A stretch of DNA of 64,000 nt from contig JAUWPW010000002.1 in the NCBI GenBank assembly GCA_030611415.1, positions 19,761-83,760 on the forward strand. Reading direction: 5' to 3'. Below, one piece after another: positions 60,663 to 64,000 of this stretch. The notes beneath the pieces were generated by a model, which worked only from the letters and a program-made list of their open reading frames with translations, did not search any database and had not been told where the DNA came from. This stretch comes from Candidatus Bipolaricaulota bacterium. GTDB taxonomy: Bacteria > Bipolaricaulota > Bipolaricaulia > UBA7950 > UBA9294. The translations under genes were made by a program, and so were the position numbers. Every line of letters starts with the position of its first letter. Positions within the stretch are counted from its first letter, which is position 1.

Positions 60663-61736
60663 ATGGAACGCATCGCCAAACAGTTTTGTGACATGGTAAG
60701 AATCGACAGTGAGTCAGGTGAAGAGGCTCAGTTCATCGACTATTTGAAAGAGCTATTTGAGAAAGAGCTGGGGGCAGACTGCGCGCTAGATGCTTTTGGG
60801 AACCTGATTGCCCGGGTTGCGGCGAAAAACTCAGAAGAAACCGAACCAGTTCTATTGTGTTCGCATGCCGATACAGTAAAACCCGGAAAAGGCATTGAGC
60901 CGATCATCAAAGACGGCGTAATCAGTTCTGCGGGAGATACAGTCCTTGGGGCTGATGATAAAGCTGGAATTGCTGAGATCTTTGAAGCAGTACTTACAGC
61001 GAAGCGGCGACCACCGATAGAAATCCTTATCACCCGCAGTGAGGAAATTGGCTTGGTAGGAGCCAAGAACGTTGATTGCTCTATGCTGCAGGCCAAAATG
61101 GGGTTTGTCATTGATGGCGACGAGCCCGACACAATAACTATCGGTGGACCATCTCATATGTCAATTGATATCGAGATCATTGGGAAGGCTGCCCATGCCG
61201 GGATGGAGCCAGAGAATGGGATCTCTGCAATTCGCGTTGCTGCTAAGGCTATCACTTCAATGCCCGAAGGACGTATCGATGAAGAAACCACCGCCAATAT
61301 AGGGATCATCCAAGGGGGAATAATTCGAAACGGTGTACCGGAGAAGGCCACAATAAAAGCCGAATGTCGCAGTCTTAACCATGATAAGTGCATGCATCAG
61401 GCTGAGGTAATGAAACATGCATTCGAAGAAGCGGCAAATGAGTTTGGAGCAAAGGTTAAGGTAAATCTTGACCTAGAATATGAGGCCTTCCAGGTTTCGG
61501 ATACGGCGCCAGCGGTACAAGTTGCCAAGCAGGCAATAGCTTCTGCTGGCCTTCAGCCAAAAACCGTGGTAATCACTGGAGGAACGGACGCCCTTGTTCT
61601 AAGCAGGAGAGGAATCACCTCTGTTGTTCTTGGTTACGGCGGCAAAAAGGAACATTCCAACGAAGAATGGATTGCAATCACCAGTATGGAACAAGCGGCT
61701 ACAATCATCAGGCATCTCCTTCAAGCTCTTGCATAA
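60663..61736 (+). CDS. M20-family metallopeptidase (PepT/tripeptidase-like)
   Basis: CSHADTV...GADDKAGIA...EEIGLVGA M20 metal-ligand motifs; 357 aa; AAAGGAGG SD. Confidence 0.8.
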   Translation: MERIAKQFCDMVRIDSESGEEAQFIDYLKELFEKELGADCALDAFGNLIARVAAKNSEETEPVLLCSHADTVKPGKGIEPIIKDGVISSAGDTVLGADDKAGIAEIFEAVLTAKRRPPIEILITRSEEIGLVGAKNVDCSMLQAKMGFVIDGDEPDTITIGGPSHMSIDIEIIGKAAHAGMEPENGISAIRVAAKAITSMPEGRIDEETTANIGIIQGGIIRNGVPEKATIKAECRSLNHDKCMHQAEVMKHAFEEAANEFGAKVKVNLDLEYEAFQVSDTAPAVQVAKQAIASAGLQPKTVVITGGTDALVLSRRGITSVVLGYGGKKEHSNEEWIAITSMEQAATIIRHLLQALA

Positions 61737-61784
61737 GAGCTCTGGTTGACGCTAGTTAATTCAAGGTATAGAATAGGAGTATAT

Positions 61785-61860
61785 TCCTCGGTAGCTCAAT
61801 TGGCAGAGCGCTCGGCTGTTAACCGAATGGTTGTAGGTTCGAGTCCTACCCGGGGAGCCA
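61785..61860 (+). tRNA. tRNA-Asn (anticodon GTT), CCA encoded
   Basis: Acceptor TCCTCGG/CCGGGGA, D stem GCTC/GAGC, anticodon loop CTGTTAA, T arm GTAGG-TTCGAGT-CCTAC, 3' GCCA. Confidence 0.8.
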
Positions 61861-62091
61861 GGACGTAGACTAGAAGAAGGAAAGCGGATATTCCTCTCTT
61901 TCTCTCCTGTCAGATGAGAAAGAAAACGAAGGTAACAAGATCATTCTCTCAGACTCAGAGAGGAAATACCAAGGGCGGGGAACTCTAGTTTTCCACTTGG
62001 CGAACGGCTGAACGGCTGCCTGCAGCTGTCATCCTGGGCTAGATTGTGTATAAGTACCACTTGCTGCGAGGGTCAGAAGCCAACTTGTGGT

Positions 62092-62442
62092 CTATTCTTT
62101 CCGATTAGCTTTCAACTGTTCTTCGATTCTCTCCAGCGTTTTCTGTAAATCGCTACTCCTTGACGAAATGTCGTCCACAAGATTCTTCAGGCGGTACTGA
62201 ATATTGCCAAGGCCCTTTAAGTGCATAAAAACATCAGCAGCTGCAAGGACAAGCATCCCCGATATAATCCCTGCAAACAGCCACGTCAACGCTGGGGCAT
62301 ATGCTGAGAATAACAAACGGTACTGTAAGTCATCTACCCCTGGCAATAGCTTTGCACACAGTATAACCCCTCCGATGATCTGAAGAATCCCCATGATATA
62401 TAGGACTACTGTTAGTCTAGGAATTGCAGATTTGGCATTCAT
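62092..62442 (-). CDS. small 2-TM membrane protein with C-terminal coiled coil (hypothetical)
   Basis: MNAKSAIPRLTVVLYIMGILQIIGGVIL... 2 TM, then heptad-like LKNLVDDISSRSSDLQKTLERIEEQLK. Confidence 0.45.
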   Translation of the reverse strand: MNAKSAIPRLTVVLYIMGILQIIGGVILCAKLLPGVDDLQYRLLFSAYAPALTWLFAGIISGMLVLAAADVFMHLKGLGNIQYRLKNLVDDISSRSSDLQKTLERIEEQLKANRKE

Positions 62443-62466
62443 TTGTCCCCTCCTGTATTCTGGCAA

Positions 62467-62895
62467 TCATTCTGCATGTCTAAACGGCCACCACCACCGA
62501 CCCCTAGGCAATGCCAGCGGAGTAAGTTGGCTGACCTGGCCGCGGAGGAACAAGACTTCACCTTCCAGGCGCCGGATCTCCCTCTCCAGGGCATTGATCA
62601 ATTGATCCTTGACCCCTCTGCTATCAGGGTGATAATCGCTAGATAAACCATCTCCCTTGATCTTCCGTCCAACTTCCTTCACTGCGTCTAACAGTCGCAT
62701 GTTGTGGTTGCGCACAAGCGCCTCAACGTCTCTCAACATGTTGAGGACCGCCGGACTATATTCCAGTCTCCCTTTCAAGCCCTTGCGGACCTGACCCTCA
62801 AGCAGGCCATCCATGCTAGCAAGGGCCTCAAGCCGCTCCCTTAGCTGAGGATAGCTCAGCGCTAAGATCCGCATTAGATCGTGTCTAGTATTCAT
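62467..62895 (-). CDS. hypothetical coiled-coil protein (about 142 aa; ORF track extends to 63192)
   Basis: Coding-like from MNTRHDLMRILALSYPQLRERLEAL...; the upstream 100 codons of the long ORF are low-complexity with no RBS. Start uncertain. Confidence 0.35.
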   Translation of the reverse strand: MNTRHDLMRILALSYPQLRERLEALASMDGLLEGQVRKGLKGRLEYSPAVLNMLRDVEALVRNHNMRLLDAVKEVGRKIKGDGLSSDYHPDSRGVKDQLINALEREIRRLEGEVLFLRGQVSQLTPLALPRGRWWWPFRHAE

Positions 62896-63350
62896 AGTAA
62901 CGTTGATTATAGTTTGCGGGAAGGATAGCAGAGGATACACCGGACCCCTTTCAGGGTGATTTTCGAGAGATTCGTGAGGTATTCTTGAGCTCCTTTTGAG
63001 GCAATGTTGAGGTTCCTGAGAGATAAACTTGAGGAAGCCGAGAGAGGAGATCGCCAATGGGAAGCTGAAGCAGGTGCCTGCGCGAAGGGCGGGGTTCGTC
63101 TCCATCACAAATAGAAGGCAGTCCCTAGGATGGTCCTGGGTTTTCAGTACCTTCTTGGTCGCGGACACCGCGCGGGTCACGGATCGGTTCAACGGACTCC
63201 GTTAACTGCTCCAGAGATACGCAACATAGCATATAGTTATGCCATGTTTTGTTGTGTAGTTTGTCAAGTGGATAACTCTCTCTTTGGAGAGTTATGGAGT
63301 GAACCACCGTTTAGAAGGGCAATAAGATAGGTTGATGGTTCTGCGAACTC

Positions 63351-63378
63351 ATGCAACACAATAGGTATTGTGTTGCAT
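63351..63378. promoter_or_regulatory. perfect 13-bp-arm palindrome ATGCAACACAATA-GG-TATTGTGTTGCAT
   Basis: Read directly; intergenic, between the HD-GYP gene stop (63450) and the 62467-63192 gene. Confidence 0.45.
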
Positions 63379-63449
63379 AGCTTACTACCGTGTCTTTCGC
63401 TGCAAGAGAGTTCTTGTGGTGTGAGGTATTTGAGGAAGCCAGCTTGGGG

Positions 63450-64000
63450 CTAGCTTTCGAATGTGAACCGATCTTCAGCGAAAAGCTTCAGACAGGCGTC
63501 AACAACTTTGAGATCGTATAGTGTTCCCTTGTTCTTCTCGATCTCCTCCAGCGCCTTGTCAATCCCTAGTGCCGGACGATACGGACGGTGAGAAGACATC
63601 GCCTCCACGATATCAGCTACAGCGATAATCCGTGCCTCAAGCAGTATCTCCTCACCCTTAAGCCCTTGGGGATAACCTGAGCCATCCAGCCATTCGTGGT
63701 GCTCAAGCACTATCTTGGCCACCGGCCAGGGGAAGTTGATCTCCTTCAGGACGTTGTAGGCAGATTGAGGGTGCGCTTGAATCAGACCAAACTCGACGTC
63801 GGTCAACGGGCCAGGTTTGCTAAGGATCTCGGCAGGTACACTGATCTTGCCAATATCGTGAATTAGGCCGGCCATCCGGAGCCCCTTAGTCTGCTCTTGG
63901 GGAAGTCCCAGCTCCTTGGCGATGGCACAGGCAAGCGCGGTCACCCGTCGTTGATGACCAGCGGTATAGGGGTCCCGCAGCTCGACCACTGATGCCAGGG
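63450..64000 (-). CDS. HD-GYP domain phosphodiesterase, C-terminal part (5' end beyond window)
   Basis: HD motif (AGLIHDIGK) and HHEWLDGSGYP signature; frame stays open to the window edge. Confidence 0.8.
   Translation of the reverse strand, partial: LASVVELRDPYTAGHQRRVTALACAIAKELGLPQEQTKGLRMAGLIHDIGKISVPAEILSKPGPLTDVEFGLIQAHPQSAYNVLKEINFPWPVAKIVLEHHEWLDGSGYPQGLKGEEILLEARIIAVADIVEAMSSHRPYRPALGIDKALEEIEKNKGTLYDLKVVDACLKLFAEDRFTFES

Overview
The window is a bacterial chromosomal segment, mostly about 50–57% GC by eye, with conventional coding density; I cannot assign a taxon from sequence alone. The left third is housekeeping (partial dxr, murJ, rplI, folP, ruvC, polA, hflKC, hom). The 18.1–22.9 kb region is a thiamine uptake/ThiL operon on the minus strand, preceded by a clearly readable TPP riboswitch. 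From 24.7 to 45.3 kb all genes are on the plus strand and most junctions have very short or overlapping start/stop (ATGA, GTGA, TAATG). This block is an accessory catabolic supercluster: XRE/cupin regulator, HyuA/HyuB-type ATP-dependent hydantoinase/oxoprolinase, a 5-gene peptide/opine-type ABC importer, a hydantoin-racemase-family protein, a truncated HyuA-like protein with two DUF917 paralogs flanking an M24 (prolidase/creatinase-fold) peptidase, a Cys/Cys proline-racemase-family enzyme, and a two-subunit Fe-S flavoprotein dehydrogenase resembling D-hydroxyproline / archaeal proline dehydrogenases and opine oxidase. A short AT-richer islet (45.3–47.8 kb) directly upstream of a tRNA-Met encodes a secreted glycine-zipper protein, a 3-TM mini-protein, a standalone membrane-anchored C39-like cysteine peptidase and a secreted beta-rich protein; this looks like a toxin/bacteriocin-like processing module. 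Downstream are an RNase H-like protein, dtd, rpmF, and an FtsZ with an unusual DnaA-domain-I-like N-terminal extension. Further right are phoH, an MtaB/MiaB-like radical-SAM enzyme, an LCP protein and rsfS. A 23S–5S rRNA unit follows, with tandem promoters and no upstream 16S; the 23S carries large expansions at the two classical IVS helices (H25, H45). The right end holds ogt, a membrane-anchored AMMECR1 protein, a nitroreductase, an M20 peptidase, tRNA-Asn and a partial HD-GYP protein. No CRISPR array, transposase or integrase was seen. Coordinates of starts are my best reading of RBS/homology and several are uncertain.
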